NCBI GenBank assembly: GCA_965203295.1
Contig: CBDBCZ010000016.1
Coordinates: 1,184,001 to 1,248,000 of the forward strand
DNA length: 64,000 nt
Source of the DNA: Nitrospirales bacterium
GTDB taxonomy: Bacteria; Nitrospirota; Nitrospiria; Nitrospirales; UBA8639
Direction: 5' to 3'
Position 1 is the stretch's first letter. Each line of letters begins with the position of its first letter. The position numbers and the translations under genes were made by a program. Positions 38,001 through 50,702 of the stretch are shown in pieces. A model generated the notes under the pieces. The model saw only the letters and a program-made list of their open reading frames with translations, did not search any database and was not told the origin of the DNA.

Positions 38001-41000
38001 TCTCTGCTCCAGAAAGGCTGAATGTGCTGAAAAGGAGAAAGAAATGGAAGAGAAACTAAAGGAATTTAAAGAACAGTTTGGTGTGAGTGTGCTCTGAAAA
38101 TTGACAATTTTCGGCCTCCTAATAGATTTCTTCCTCATATCACACAGACCAAAGAGGCCGAATTCCAGCATGCACATGAGCTGCTTGAGAAGCAGCAGAA
38201 AGTGGTCACTGAGCTGGAATCAAAGCTTCGAGTACAGGAGGTATTAAGTCAATAGCATGATAGCAGGTGTAGATAGTCTTTAAAGCTAATTAATTATTTG
38301 AGTTAAAAGAGTAGTGAAATCCCTGCATCCCTGTAGGAATGGCAGCACTTGCCCTTAAAAAATTCTTAACTGGTCTGAGCTTATTTTCAAAGTGATTGTT
38401 TTACACACATTCTCAGATGGAAATAGAAGGGCTGGAGAGACTCTCTAAAGCCAAGGACAAGCACATTCAACAGAAGGAGGCTGAAAAACTGCAGTTTGAA
38501 AAGGAGATTAGACAAAGGATAGAACAACTTCTCAGAGATCGAGAAGATCGCAGTGACCCAATCCAAATAAAGGTACACTGCTTAAAGTATAGTATACTGT
38601 CTACAATCATGCCACTGGATTGTATATACGTTATTGTGGTAAGCCTAAGTGAGCCCCACACTAGTGTGTTTTATAAGATAATTTTTGTGCTTGCGATGTA
38701 CCAAAGTGTGTAGTATATGTGCCCATTGAATAATGAGTGCTAACAGAGGAGAAGAGTAAGTCAGAGAGATCAATGCGAAGAGGCTACGAGCATGAGTGAG
38801 CCCTCACCATTTCAGTGTGGCTTGCTGACGGCCTGTAGACTGGCGTACAAATATGACAGCTCTCCTAGCTCTAGCCCTCCTCTCGTGTACGTATATCTCG
38901 TTGGTGACCTGTACTCTCAGCATCACTGAAGCCTGGTCCCTCCTGCTGCAGCCTAGTGATAGTCTCCGTTACTTGCTACAGCCGTGTATGCAGGTCCAAA
39001 TACTGCGTGGTCACATGAAAAAGTTTCGAACGTTGAATTGGTTCACAGATATGTGGTAAATATACTGAAAAACTCTCTGTGGACTTTGTACATGGGTGGT
39101 GCTTTTGAGACGTGCTTACAAGTCACACTTTAAATCATGTAGCCCTGGGTGGTGCAGTTTGACTTAATACATGATCCTGTATATATGCTAAGGTAATGTT
39201 TTTGCATACAACAGGATCCATCATGTGGCAGTGAGGATCAAGAACAGCTTGAAGATGCAATCGGGCAGAAATTAGAAGATCTTAAAGAGGGGTCAGAGCT
39301 GAAAGAGGAGATACTGTTGAAACTGGGAGAGCTTACGAGTTCTCCACTAAGTGAAATCTTTGAGGTATGTCATGCAAATGGCTACTTGCGTGGCAGCATG
39401 CATTAGTTTAGAGGAGCAAAAACAAGTCATGCACCTAGTAAAAGCGGTTCTGCTATGACACTATTATTGCTCTTTATGCAGTTTTTTCTTATTGGAGAGG
39501 GGGGAGAGAGTTTTGCCAATAGTGATATTGTAACAATTGGCTTTCTAATCATAATTCTCTGCTATACATAATTATAGGTTAAACCATGCCACCTAGGGCT
39601 GTATGGGATTTATAGCGCACGAGTGCAATAATTATCTAATTAGAGCCTGAAGGTGAAGCCGAGGACTCTAATTAGGGCGAGCCTGAGCGAGCCCCAAACT
39701 TAGCGACTTGGCTGTGCAATTGCTGTCCATCCGTCCGTTTGGTACGTACGTCATTCCGAAACTACGTGCAATGTTCTATATTTGCGGCCTTGTTATAAAT
39801 TTCTTTGGCCGCGTGCAAGTGCGTATAGCTATTGTACTGAACACGCATGAAATAGCAGCAACTAGGCTCACTGACAGCGTGAACGGGAGAGGAACCACCG
39901 TGCTTCTGAGCCAGCAAGCCAACAGAATGTAAGGTTCGTTGGAAGACCAGCATAGTTTGCTAGCTAAATGGCATATCAGTGGCTACCAGACATGGGCAGT
40001 ATGACCCGTCATCAATCTGGCAGGATATTGACGCTATAGCTTGCCATCACTGTGCCCAATTGGCTTAAGAGCTATTCAGTTTCTTTACTTTTGACTTCTA
40101 TGCTTGTGAAAAGATTCATCATGCTTAATAGTGTACTGCAGTGCTTGCTGGCTAGCACTACACTCCGATGCTCCCGCTCTGCTACCGGAGGACGATGGTC
40201 CTCATTACTCTGAGCAGAGACCATAGAACATACTGACATTCTCCAAATTATTGTTCCTCAAGTTACTCTATCACTGCACAGATTCTGAATTTGTACATGC
40301 ACACTTTTCTTCATTGTCATCACATTTTCTACTGCACGCTATACATGCTTCGCAAAGGCTCGCCCCACTATGCCCTGCATATCACTAGTTAGTTATTGCA
40401 TGAGTGCGCTATCAAATCCCTTAATGTACATTACCATGGCAACCACATTTTCCCACACTTATAGCACTCAAAGGAGGCCACATACAGGGATCATTGCTAT
40501 ACCAATGTACATTAAATCAGTTAAAGGTCAGTTTGGGTGAGGGGTTAAAATCCTCGGGTTCGCCTCAGACTTTAAATTCCCCTCACCCAAACTGTCCTTT
40601 AACTATTACATATTGCCCAGTCAGTGCCTTTGATAGTATGGCTTCCAGGACTACAAATGTAGGTATACTGTGATAATGTAAGACGGGTACCAGTGTGGTA
40701 ATTACTGATGACTTTACCACCACTGAATAATTATTTTGTCTAAGAGTCCCAAGACTGAAACCAAGCTCAAGCCCTCTGACAGTACAGTTGGCATGGAAGA
40801 GAAGGATGAGGATGAAGTACAGCCAAAACCTAAGGTAAAAGGATAAAAAAAATGTACCCTACATGAAAGTGAACATTAGTTCTTCTGTGTTGCATCCCAC
40901 ATAAAATTGTGTCATCATGTTTGTAATGGAAGTACGTACAGGTGGCAATTGGCAGAATAGTATATAGGGGGATTCTGTTTAATTTTGCCATTTTGCTAGT

Positions 41001-44000
41001 TGTTTAAAGTGACGAAATTATACCAGCGATATTTTTCTGTTGATGAAAGTTATTATCATCTCTGCCAAGTGAATCAGGTTAGCTCATTACTCGACAAAGA
41101 TACATGCAAGTTTCTGCTGTGTCACAGTGAACTCACTGACCTTGCAGGCCATAGTCTTGCAAGACCAGACCATTCACAATGGCACTGTGCCATCCTTGTA
41201 TGCGAGTCATGCAAGTGACCTTGCTACTAGTGATCAAAGAAAGGACGACAATGGTGGTATCCATTCAATCTCTATGATCCAGTCAGGTTATCTTCCAGCA
41301 ACTCAAGCTTACTACTGCACATTAACAGAACTGGTGGCATTTCTCCATGGCGAAACATATTTCCTATATGGCAGTTTCACAACAGATGACACTTATACCT
41401 CTACATTTTATAGTGATACCTAAGATAAGAGATTCCACTTTGGTAGCCTTGAGCAGTAAGTGCAGTCCAATAGTAGTATAATGGAACTGTAGCCCCTACC
41501 CCAGTTTTGTTAGCAATGATGAATGACATCATGAATATCAAGAATGTTATTGCAATACGCGAATAGCTACAAAGTAAGTCATAAAGCTGTAATGGTACTA
41601 GTGTGGCAGTAGGCAATAGTTTTGGGGAACAAAAACAAGACATGCACCTGGCTAAAGTGTTTCTGCTTTAGCACTATTATTGCTATTTATGCAGCACTTA
41701 TTATTTTTATTGGGGGAGAGAGGTTGCCAATAGTGATGTTGCGACAGTTGTCTTCCTAATCAGAATTCTCTGCAATAGGTAAAGAATGTAAGACAGGTAC
41801 AGTGTCGTACTAATGACTTTATCACCTCTAAACTTATTTGCAGCTGAAAAATGTAACAAGCTCTAATGGAGTAAAGAAATTGCAACAAGAAATGTCTGAG
41901 AGCCCCAGCCCGCAGGCCTCTCACAATGAGACTGAAACCAAGCGCCAGTCATATGAGAGTACAGTTGGGATGGAAGAGAAGGATGAGGATGAAGTTCAGC
42001 CGAAACCTAAGGTTAGGTATGCATGCTGGAAGGATCACAATAAATTTCACACTGTATGAATCAAAGTGAACAGTAGTTCTTTTGTGTTGCATCCCACACA
42101 AATTGTGTCATTGTGTTTGTGAGTACAGGTGGCAATTGGCAGAATAGCATATAGTGAGATTACTGGCCTTGCATGCAGGCCATAGTCTTGCAAGACCAGA
42201 CCATTCACAATGCATCCTTGTATGCGAGTCATGCAAGTGACCTTGCTAAAAAAAGACAACAATGGTGGTATTCCTGAATATTCTTCAATCTCTATGATCC
42301 AGGCAGGTTCTCTCCCAGTCACTGACTACTGCACATTAGCTATGAACTGGAGGCCTTTTGGCAAAATCTGCTAGAAATTAAACTGTTCAACTACTGCATA
42401 GTGGAAAATTTTCGCTGGGGGGGGGGGGGGGGGGGGGGGGATAGAATTCCGCCAATTTCACCAGTCGGTTCCCGCGACTCGGGCTTAACTGCACGTTAAA
42501 TAAAATCAGAACATTGGAAGCATGCTCAATAATAAATCTGGTGAATTTTTTCTGCATTATTTTGCAACTGCATTTAACAAAATATTTCCCTGGCTATGCG
42601 CTAGTGTATTTTTGTGCATTAACAAATTCATCAGTTCAAGAGTCATAGTTCTATGGAGTGTAGTGTCAGGATGAGTGAAAGGTTAGTTACAATTTAGTAT
42701 TCTTTGCCCTATCACTGTGTAGGAATGGGCTTTCTCAGCAACCACTGACATGCAGTGGTAGCTGCTGCTCCTAACTTGTACTCTATCTTGCCCATATACC
42801 GTAGACTCGGGTTATCAAGCGCATGCGCTAGTTGGGACAATAGCAAAAATATATGCGCTTCATAACGAAGTGCGCTACATAATGGGGGTTAAAGGTTGAC
42901 CACGCCTAGTTTTTTATGACGTCATTGCGGCAAACTTACATGAAATTGTTGCTGATATCGGTAGCAGATTACCAACTACCGATATAGAATCGCAGTTTAT
43001 TAAAGCGGTCGGCGATGTAACTCGGCGGAAAGCTGTTGGAGATGAAAATAAGCGGAGAGCGGTCTGAGATGAGAGTGTGCTCGATCAACTTGAATGAGGA
43101 TCGGTGCATGCTTGCTCCCTCTATAGGCCTTTGACTTAGCTAGCTAGCAACCTGATGACTGGGCAGTTGCAAAGAGATCCCTAAAAAGTTATCCTCTCAC
43201 TTAGCTAGCTAGCTGCTAGCAGTCTCCGTTCGATTCTGTGTGCAGTTGCTCCACCCCATATTACGTTTAATTGGAATGTGCGCCTCTTAACGAGGTTTTT
43301 GCGGCTTTGGGCCAAGAAGCGAGCATGCGCCTGATAGCGTAAGTATGCTACATAACAAAGTGCACCTGATAACTCGAGTGTACAGTACCTTTTTCAACAC
43401 GGTGTCTCATTTCTGTAGTTTAGCCTTATACATAGAAAGGCATTCCTCTACTTGTAGAAAATGAGACACCAAGGCACCTATATCTAGCTGTGGTTGTATA
43501 CCGTTCACCTTTGCATGATAGCTGACTAAGGCATGCTCTCTACCACCTTGACTGCAATTAAATCGCAACTGTATGTCAGAGAGTATGTCTCTCACTGATT
43601 CTGTGAATATAAGTGGATTTGGTTTTCAGGTATAACCTTTACAAGTTTATCACTTGACTTGTCTGTTGGCTTTATATGGTGCCACTTAATTCCATAGAAG
43701 GACCGGTGTATGCTTCACCCTTTACAACTATCAGAAACGTGCCATCAACAGTTGCCATAGAGCGCTGAAGTTTCAAGGCACACACATTTTTCAGTTTTTG
43801 CAGTTGCCGTCTTAGACTACGAAAATTAAGTTCCCAAAATGTTTTGCACTATGTATGTAGCATAGCAATCAAAGATGATTGGTTGGCGAAATTTATATTT
43901 ATTTCCGCAAAATGTTCAATGCGACCAAACCACAAAAATTTGACTCCTCAAAAATTTGATGCCATACCGTATCCTGCTCTTATGAAAAACTGTTACAATT

Positions 44001-45294
44001 GGTCTGTATATTCCTCCCAATAATCACCTTGAAATTCGAATGTTCTACCTGCCCTATCATGGCAGTAGCTATTCTTGTCACTGGTTACCCATCATTCTTA
44101 GGACATAAGCACACATGAAATGAGCCTTCATGAATACACACCACATATGTCCCACTGCAGGTGCACAACTCTGCCTCCAAGTTTAAGGCACTTACTAAAA
44201 CCAGAGGAGCCAGCAAGAAAAAATCAGCTGGAATATTCAGAAGGATGTCATTAGATAGCAAATCCTCGAAGCCAAAGGTAGAGAGCTGAGTCCAGATGAT
44301 ATTCTTCCTGAGTTGTACAATTTCAGGGAATCTATGACTTTTCAGACTTTCATAATATTGCATATTGTATCAACAGTATCTGCTACTTAGCGAGGGTTTC
44401 ATACAGAATTTTTGGCTGGGGGTGGTGACTATATTTGCATTGTAACAGATGCAATGGAGTGCAAACCATACTGTCCTGAGATTAATTCTGGTGGGTTTTG
44501 GCAGCTAGCTGAAGGAAGATTCCAGTATATACACTCCCCCTCCCTCTGTATGAAAGCCTGATAACATATTACAGTTGCTATCTTGGTAAGAATATCTGTG
44601 GCTAATTATAAGATGCTTGAAATTTGAAACCATATTGAATCTTTACATGCAAGAACGTCTGCCTTTGCTATAGGTGCAGGAAAGAGCTTCTATCATCTCC
44701 GGCAATCAGAGCATCAAAATTGTTGCAGTTGGCGATGGAGCTGTAGGGAAGTCATGTCTACTTATTACATACACCACAAATGGATTTCCTCGAAGCTGCA
44801 TACCAACTGTTTTCGATAACTACTCTCGTGATGTTGAGTTTATAAAGCGAAGGTATAGGTTTACTCTGAATCTTGGTTTCTTTGATACTGCTGGTCAGGA
44901 AGACTACGATCGACTGCGACCACTCTCCTATCCCCAAACTGACGTTTTCTTACTCTGCTTCTCTGTGATTTCACCTGCATCATTTGAAAATATCACTGCA
45001 AAATGGTATCCGGAGGTTCAACACTACGGTTCCAGTTGTATACATCTCCTAGTAGGATTGAAGAAAGATCTTCGAGATGATCCTGAGACGACAGCAAAGC
45101 TTTTGGAAGAAAAAACGGCTCCAATTACCGAACTCCAAGGGAAGGCTCTTGCGAAGAAGTTGAGAATGGAATATGTGGAATGCTCTGCTCTGACCAATGA
45201 GGGAATGAAGGAAGTTTTTGATACTGCAATACTTTTATTTCTAGACCATCAATACACTGAAGAAAAACTTTCCAAAAAGTGTGTAATTCAGTAA
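32047..45294 (+). CDS. Protein kinase (TKL-like) - coiled coil - Rac/Rho GTPase fusion protein with CAAX box, ~899 aa
   Basis: Coding exons 32047-33066, 35555-35617, 35686-35802, 37978-38082, 38148-38240, 38417-38572, 39215-39364, 40745-40834, 41844-42011, 44161-44277, 44674-45294. Every intron is GT-AG phase 0 and every exon is open. Kinase motifs [23 protein letters not shown]. Rho motifs [41 protein letters not shown]-terminal CVIQ. A probable 5' UTR exon ends at 30097 (g|gtaagc). Confidence 0.82.
33903..34857 (+). mobile_element. Helentron/DINE-1-like repeat, same ends with different interior
   Basis: Shares the first ~80 bp and the 3' GACA microsatellite plus GGCTCGCCCCAAT end with 786-1554. 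Confidence 0.65.
37181..37802 (+). mobile_element. Non-autonomous Academ-like element with RecQ helicase motif-I remnant
   Basis: ~65-bp imperfect TIRs CCTCGTACCCAGGCG.. / ..CGCCTGGGTACGAGGCTA. The interior translates [30 protein letters not shown]. Confidence 0.7.
39671..40389 (-). mobile_element. Helentron/DINE-1-like repeat, inverted copy
   Basis: Reverse-complement similarity to 786-1554 at both ends and through part of the interior. Confidence 0.7.
42799..43385. mobile_element. TA-flanked MITE
   Basis: TA|CCGTAGACTCGGGTTATCA ... TGATAACTCGAGTGTACAG|TA. Confidence 0.7.
44674..45294 (+). CDS. Rac/Cdc42-like Rho GTPase domain (intronless terminal exon of the fusion gene)
   Basis: G-boxes G1-G5 present. 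The exon begins GTG directly after a tttgctatag acceptor, with no in-frame ATG before the P-loop. Confidence 0.93.
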   Translation: MQERASIISGNQSIKIVAVGDGAVGKSCLLITYTTNGFPRSCIPTVFDNYSRDVEFIKRRYRFTLNLGFFDTAGQEDYDRLRPLSYPQTDVFLLCFSVISPASFENITAKWYPEVQHYGSSCIHLLVGLKKDLRDDPETTAKLLEEKTAPITELQGKALAKKLRMEYVECSALTNEGMKEVFDTAILLFLDHQYTEEKLSKKCVIQ

Positions 45295-47534
45295 CTATGG
45301 AAGACTAACTTTAGGTTGTACACTATTATACTGTATGTTACCTCTATATGAGCAGTATTTTGTAAGTTGAGGAAGGCTAGTTTTATGATTGTGAGTGAAA
45401 ACAGTACAGAACATATTGGAGACTTAGAAGCTACAACTGCCACCTCACCACATTATTGACCGACCCATATCGTTATCACCAGTGTTTTGAGCCACCCATA
45501 AACAAGATGTAATGCTTCAATTTGAGTCCCAGGTACACACTGAAACCCATACCGCTCACTTCACACAGAACTTGCAGTCCTAACTATGAATATTCTGGAC
45601 CCTTATATAGCTACCCCTGAATGCTTCAACGAAACTTTAGAGTTTTCCAGCTGCATGGGTGAAACCGCTCTGTCACTATAAGACTACTTACTATCTGCAA
45701 GAAATGAAACAAATACCCTGTATATGCACCTAGAAGAGTTAACCAGCATTGAAGAACATATATAGAAAGACGCTGAGTACGTATACTATCATTTTTATAT
45801 ACATGTAGAACAAAAACATCATCTTAACTGCATTATATATAGAAGTTTTGTTGAAGAAGAAAAACTGCCAACTGCATGTTTGCAGTGATTGTATTCTGGA
45901 TGTTATATGTAGCTAGGGGTCTTGTTTACTGCAATTTGCTATCGCTCTTTTTGCAAGTGTTCAGCATGCCTGATGAAAAAATACACAAACATTGGAGCAG
46001 TAGCCCATAACATTGTAAATCCCCTCCGAACTCTATTTAAGGAAAAAGCACTTTTCCAAAAAGTGCAAAAAGTAGTCAGTAGGGATGCACTTCCACCAAA
46101 AAACAATTCCCCAAAAACCAATTAAACAAGTGACAATGCACATCGCAATGCAATCAGTCTGAATCTATACAGATAATGTGCATGTGCACTGAAACTCAAC
46201 AACAACTACTCATCATTATCAACATTCCTGTTGAAGAAACAACATTTTGAAGACTCCATATTTGTTTGCGTTAGCTGTGACTGTGTTGTGTATGTTTCTG
46301 TTGAATATGTGGTGTTAAAGTGTTTCAGTACATGTATGTCTGATGACAAACTACTGTATACACTACATGTTATTCTGAAAGTAAACACAGCAATTATTTT
46401 GTAAACCTTAATGCACTTTAGCAACAACCAACTGATTATTCTTTCAGAAATAACCTTTTTTGGCTGCACATGAGTTCATGTTTGCTGTAATAGTGTTGTA
46501 TGACATTGTGTGTTTTTGTTGAATGTCATATTATACATTTTCAGTATGTCTGATGACAAAATATGTATTACACTTATGATTACAAACACAACTACCATGT
46601 AAACCTGAAATCCTGAATGCACTTCAGTAGCTTGCATTGTGAACTGTACATGTATGATGTTAAAGTAGCTACATTTTAGAGAGAACAGTTTTTCAGCTTC
46701 AAAACAATACCATTGTTGCCTCAAGGGAATGTGGCACTATATGTAACAAATTTGATTGCTCACAGGGCTAGACCAAAGTTAGACCGCCACCTTAAATATA
46801 ATAGAGCAAAATGTGTGAATTCTTAGCATTAACGAGCATAACTACATCATACAAACTGCTTTCCTCTACAGCCCCAGAATTGCTGTACTGCCAGTTATAT
46901 GTAAATTTACTGTTTCCATAATTGTTACAATAATGGCTGAGGTTACGATTAAAATGTAGACAAATGCTACTGTAACATTTATGTTGCTGTGGTATTCCAC
47001 ATAGCTAGAGGGTCTCATGGGAAGCAAGTGACTGGATACACCGGTAGCACACTTCGAACTATCTTGTATTTATGATATAACTAGAATAAATCTGAGTACT
47101 TCCAAGTGGCAATTGCAACAATACATGAAGCTAAAACTGATGCACTAAACCATGGTAGCACAAGTAAGCTCTGGCAGCTTTTTGCAGGTTATGCTTTTTA
47201 TAACTGGTGAGCCACGATAATCTACGTATTTTCTGGAATAAATTATAGCGCCCGGGCATTTATTTCCTTAACTACTCTGTAGATCCAGAGTGGCACAACA
47301 GAGGCCTGGGAGATGCAGCTTAGTACGATCCAGACCGGTGTGTCTATTTTGATGGAACATCCAAAACAGAAACTGGATAATGTGATGAAACTCCGGAATC
47401 ACCATTCTGAGGTGTTTACAACATATCACTATTCTGTCATCATAAATATTTGGGCTTCATTTGCGTTTTTAGTTCTTAAATCTGCAGGACAGTTCTCTTC
47501 ACTGAGCAGTTAACAAAAATTAATAGTCTCCACA

Positions 47535-49313
47535 ATGCAGGAGTGGCTTATTAGAGTATTTGCAGCAGTAGCCATTGTCACGTGGAGCTCAAACAATGTG
47601 ACAGCTGCCCTCTCCTGTTCTCCTGGGTTTGTGCCTCAAGGTGACGACTGTGTTTGTGGGGACTGGCCCAATGGAATGATCATCTGTGATGAAGACTCAA
47701 AGAAGGCCTCAATGCAAATTGGGTACTGCATGACATACAGCAACGAGACTGGAGAAGTGAGAGCCGGAGGTTGTTTACAAAGCTTCTTCAGAAATGATTC
47801 GTACAAATTTTACTATTCCCTTCCTAGTGAAGTGTTCCACCTCAACGACCGAGTGTGCAGCCCAACCAATAGCAAAGGTATACTCTGTGGAGAGTGTCAG
47901 GATGGTTTTACTGTTTCACCCACCTTCATTGTTAACTGTATCAATTGTACAGGTGCCTCTCACTCCCATGAGTGGATTAGAGCTATCGCTATTAGATATC
48001 TACCAATTACTTTTATCTTATGTGTTTCCATTATATTTTCGATCAGCTTTGTTTCTGGACCCATTAATTCGGTAATCTTTTTTGGCCAAGTCACTACAAC
48101 AAGTTACCATATATCCTTTCTTGCTAGTGTTCTGGGATCCCAAGGCACATATTATTCAAATAGAATATGGACAACAGCAGTAGCTGCAATTTACGATACT
48201 TTGAACTTGAAAGTTTTGAATAATTTCATAGCCCCTTTATGCCTGACAAACCACCTCACGAGGTTGCAAGCACATACACTTGATAGTTCAACAGCATTCT
48301 ATCCATTAATTATTATTTCATTTGTGTATGTCTGCATACAGCTACATAATCGAAACTTTTGGCCTGTTGTTTATTGTTGGAAACCCTTTCTAAAATGCTT
48401 CTTCTACATTCGAAGGAGTATTCATCCGAAAACTTCAGTCATCGATACATTTGCTACTTTTATTCTCCTTTCTTATGTAAAGCTAATGTATACTGCTTGG
48501 AGAATATTACTACCTACATATGTATACAATGGACATGGCCACAGGCTCAGCAACTTAGTTGTGTACATCAGTACTGATATCCAGTTTTTTCACAAGAAGC
48601 ACCTTCCGTTTGCTATCCCTTCTATTTTTATACTATTAACATTTACAACTATCCCTCCAATTGTGCTTACTTTTTATCAAAGTTCATTTCTTCAAAAGTG
48701 CATCTTGCGATGCAATATGAACCCTCAAGCTCTTCGTACGTTTGTTGAGACATTCCAAGGGTGTTACAAGGATGGCGTAACAAGTGGCACACGAGACTGC
48801 CGATACTTCGCAGGACTCTATTTCGTCCTTCGCATAATCGTTGTTATACTCTCTCTTGCTAATATTCATTTGTTCATCTTGTGCTCTTCTGTTCTTTATT
48901 GGTGTACAGCACTTTTATTTGGATCTGTTAAGCCTTACAAGAATCACATGTACAATTTCATAGATGCTGCGATACTGGGCCTAATGGGCACTATCTATAG
49001 CTTTATCTCATTAAACATTGCCTATGTGTTTTTGACAGGACATTCTTCAACAGTTTTGCTGGTGTTAACTGATGTATTGTATACACTTCCACTGCTGTAT
49101 TTGGTCCTGTTCATCATGTATTCGGTTGTAAACAGGAAAACAAACTGTATGCAGAGGCTCAAAGACTGCATTATATCAAGAAAGAACAATTTTGAAATTC
49201 CACATAGACTGCAAAACCCAGAGGAGTATGAAGAATTGACTGAAGAAAACAAAGTGGAATGCCCAGAGCCATTGAGGGCAGAGCACAGCAGCAACACTTA
49301 CGGAAGCTTTTGA
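47535..49313 (+). CDS. Intronless Cys-rich ectodomain + multi-TM receptor-like protein, copy 1 (592 aa)
   Basis: Signal-peptide-like N-terminus, CSPGF..CVC and GILCGECQDG Cys-rich region, then 7 or more hydrophobic helices with FATFILLSY, FQGCYKDG and DCRYFAGLYF. Confidence 0.85.
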   Translation: MQEWLIRVFAAVAIVTWSSNNVTAALSCSPGFVPQGDDCVCGDWPNGMIICDEDSKKASMQIGYCMTYSNETGEVRAGGCLQSFFRNDSYKFYYSLPSEVFHLNDRVCSPTNSKGILCGECQDGFTVSPTFIVNCINCTGASHSHEWIRAIAIRYLPITFILCVSIIFSISFVSGPINSVIFFGQVTTTSYHISFLASVLGSQGTYYSNRIWTTAVAAIYDTLNLKVLNNFIAPLCLTNHLTRLQAHTLDSSTAFYPLIIISFVYVCIQLHNRNFWPVVYCWKPFLKCFFYIRRSIHPKTSVIDTFATFILLSYVKLMYTAWRILLPTYVYNGHGHRLSNLVVYISTDIQFFHKKHLPFAIPSIFILLTFTTIPPIVLTFYQSSFLQKCILRCNMNPQALRTFVETFQGCYKDGVTSGTRDCRYFAGLYFVLRIIVVILSLANIHLFILCSSVLYWCTALLFGSVKPYKNHMYNFIDAAILGLMGTIYSFISLNIAYVFLTGHSSTVLLVLTDVLYTLPLLYLVLFIMYSVVNRKTNCMQRLKDCIISRKNNFEIPHRLQNPEEYEELTEENKVECPEPLRAEHSSNTYGSF

Positions 49314-50702
49314 GAACAGTCGTGTTGTATATCAAAATCTTTTACACTCACTGCACTTTAATCTTGCATTGGTTACACAAGTTACATTCAGTTGATGAAA
49401 TGTGTAACTATGCATGACTAAGATTCCTTTTCATGCTCATGCACATGTCATGTGTGAGATCATCAATATTCAATGGATTTTTCATCAGGATGTGTACAGC
49501 TTATGTTTCAGTTATGTGCTTATTACTGCATTTCTGCTTTTCTGCTACATCCCATTTGCTGCAGACGAGCAATAATTATATAGCTGTTTATCCACTGCCC
49601 ATAATTGTAATCACTGGTTGTGTTGTATGTAAAGGTACATTGGTGTTTTGTGGATATGAAAGCCATACACAAGACTGTAGGTGGTATGCAGCAGTGCACT
49701 TGTGGTGTTGGATGATAATATACATTGTGATTGCAATTACTCTTTCAGAACTTTTGCTATACTACTATTTTGCTCTCCTCATTTTTAATTACTGTATTTC
49801 ATCCCTACAAGTCTCAACACTGTTATTTTGTCATGATTTTTGTACTTGTGTCAAATATGGCATGTGTACCATACTAAAAGAACATGATATCACTGCTGGG
49901 GCACACCCTGCCACTCTATCTTGGAATGAGGCAAAATCATAACCTGCATGGGAATGAGACTGGAGACTGACAGACTGCATGGTTGCTCATGCATGCAGGA
50001 CCTGTACCATACTGTATGGCCTCATGCAGTCTCAGCTTGGCAAAACAGATTATAATGAAATGCTTACTGCTTTTATTGAGCTTATCTAGACTGCATATTA
50101 ACTGAACTTACACTTGCAACAGCCAGCTATATTTTTTGATGATGGCCATATACAAGAAAGCCATCAATAATGGAATACTCAAAAAGTGATAAAATATTAC
50201 TTGCATGACTGATGTACATGTAATTTACTATATTATCTCTGACGTATTGCGCTACATGTAGTACCTATTATAGAAACTCAAAAAAGTAACTCAAAGATAG
50301 TTATAGTTGCTTTCATGCTTTCTTACTATACATGCACACCATTCAAGAATATTCAATCCCCAAGATATTACACTCTCTACTTTCAGTACACAGTTTTGGA
50401 GTAATAAATTACCCATTACGTGTTGTAGAGTGTGCACAACAGTGGCTTGGGAGTTGTAGACCTGCTGATTCTGATGGCATATTGAAAACAAAAACAGGAA
50501 TAAACAGGATATAGCTAACTAGTGATAAAATACTGAAATTCTCTTACATGATAATTATAGAGAAGGTGTTTAGAGGGATTTATAACAAACACAAATAGTA
50601 GTACACTGGATGTTATTATATATACTTTTATAGTTCGTTTGTGTTGTTAGTTTTTTCTGTGAAAATTTATCTCACTGAGCAGTTAACAAAATAGTCTCTA
50701 CA

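Noticed and set aside
44674..45294. Stand-alone Rac1 gene
   Set aside because: No initiator ATG before G1; preceded by a splice acceptor in phase with upstream exons.
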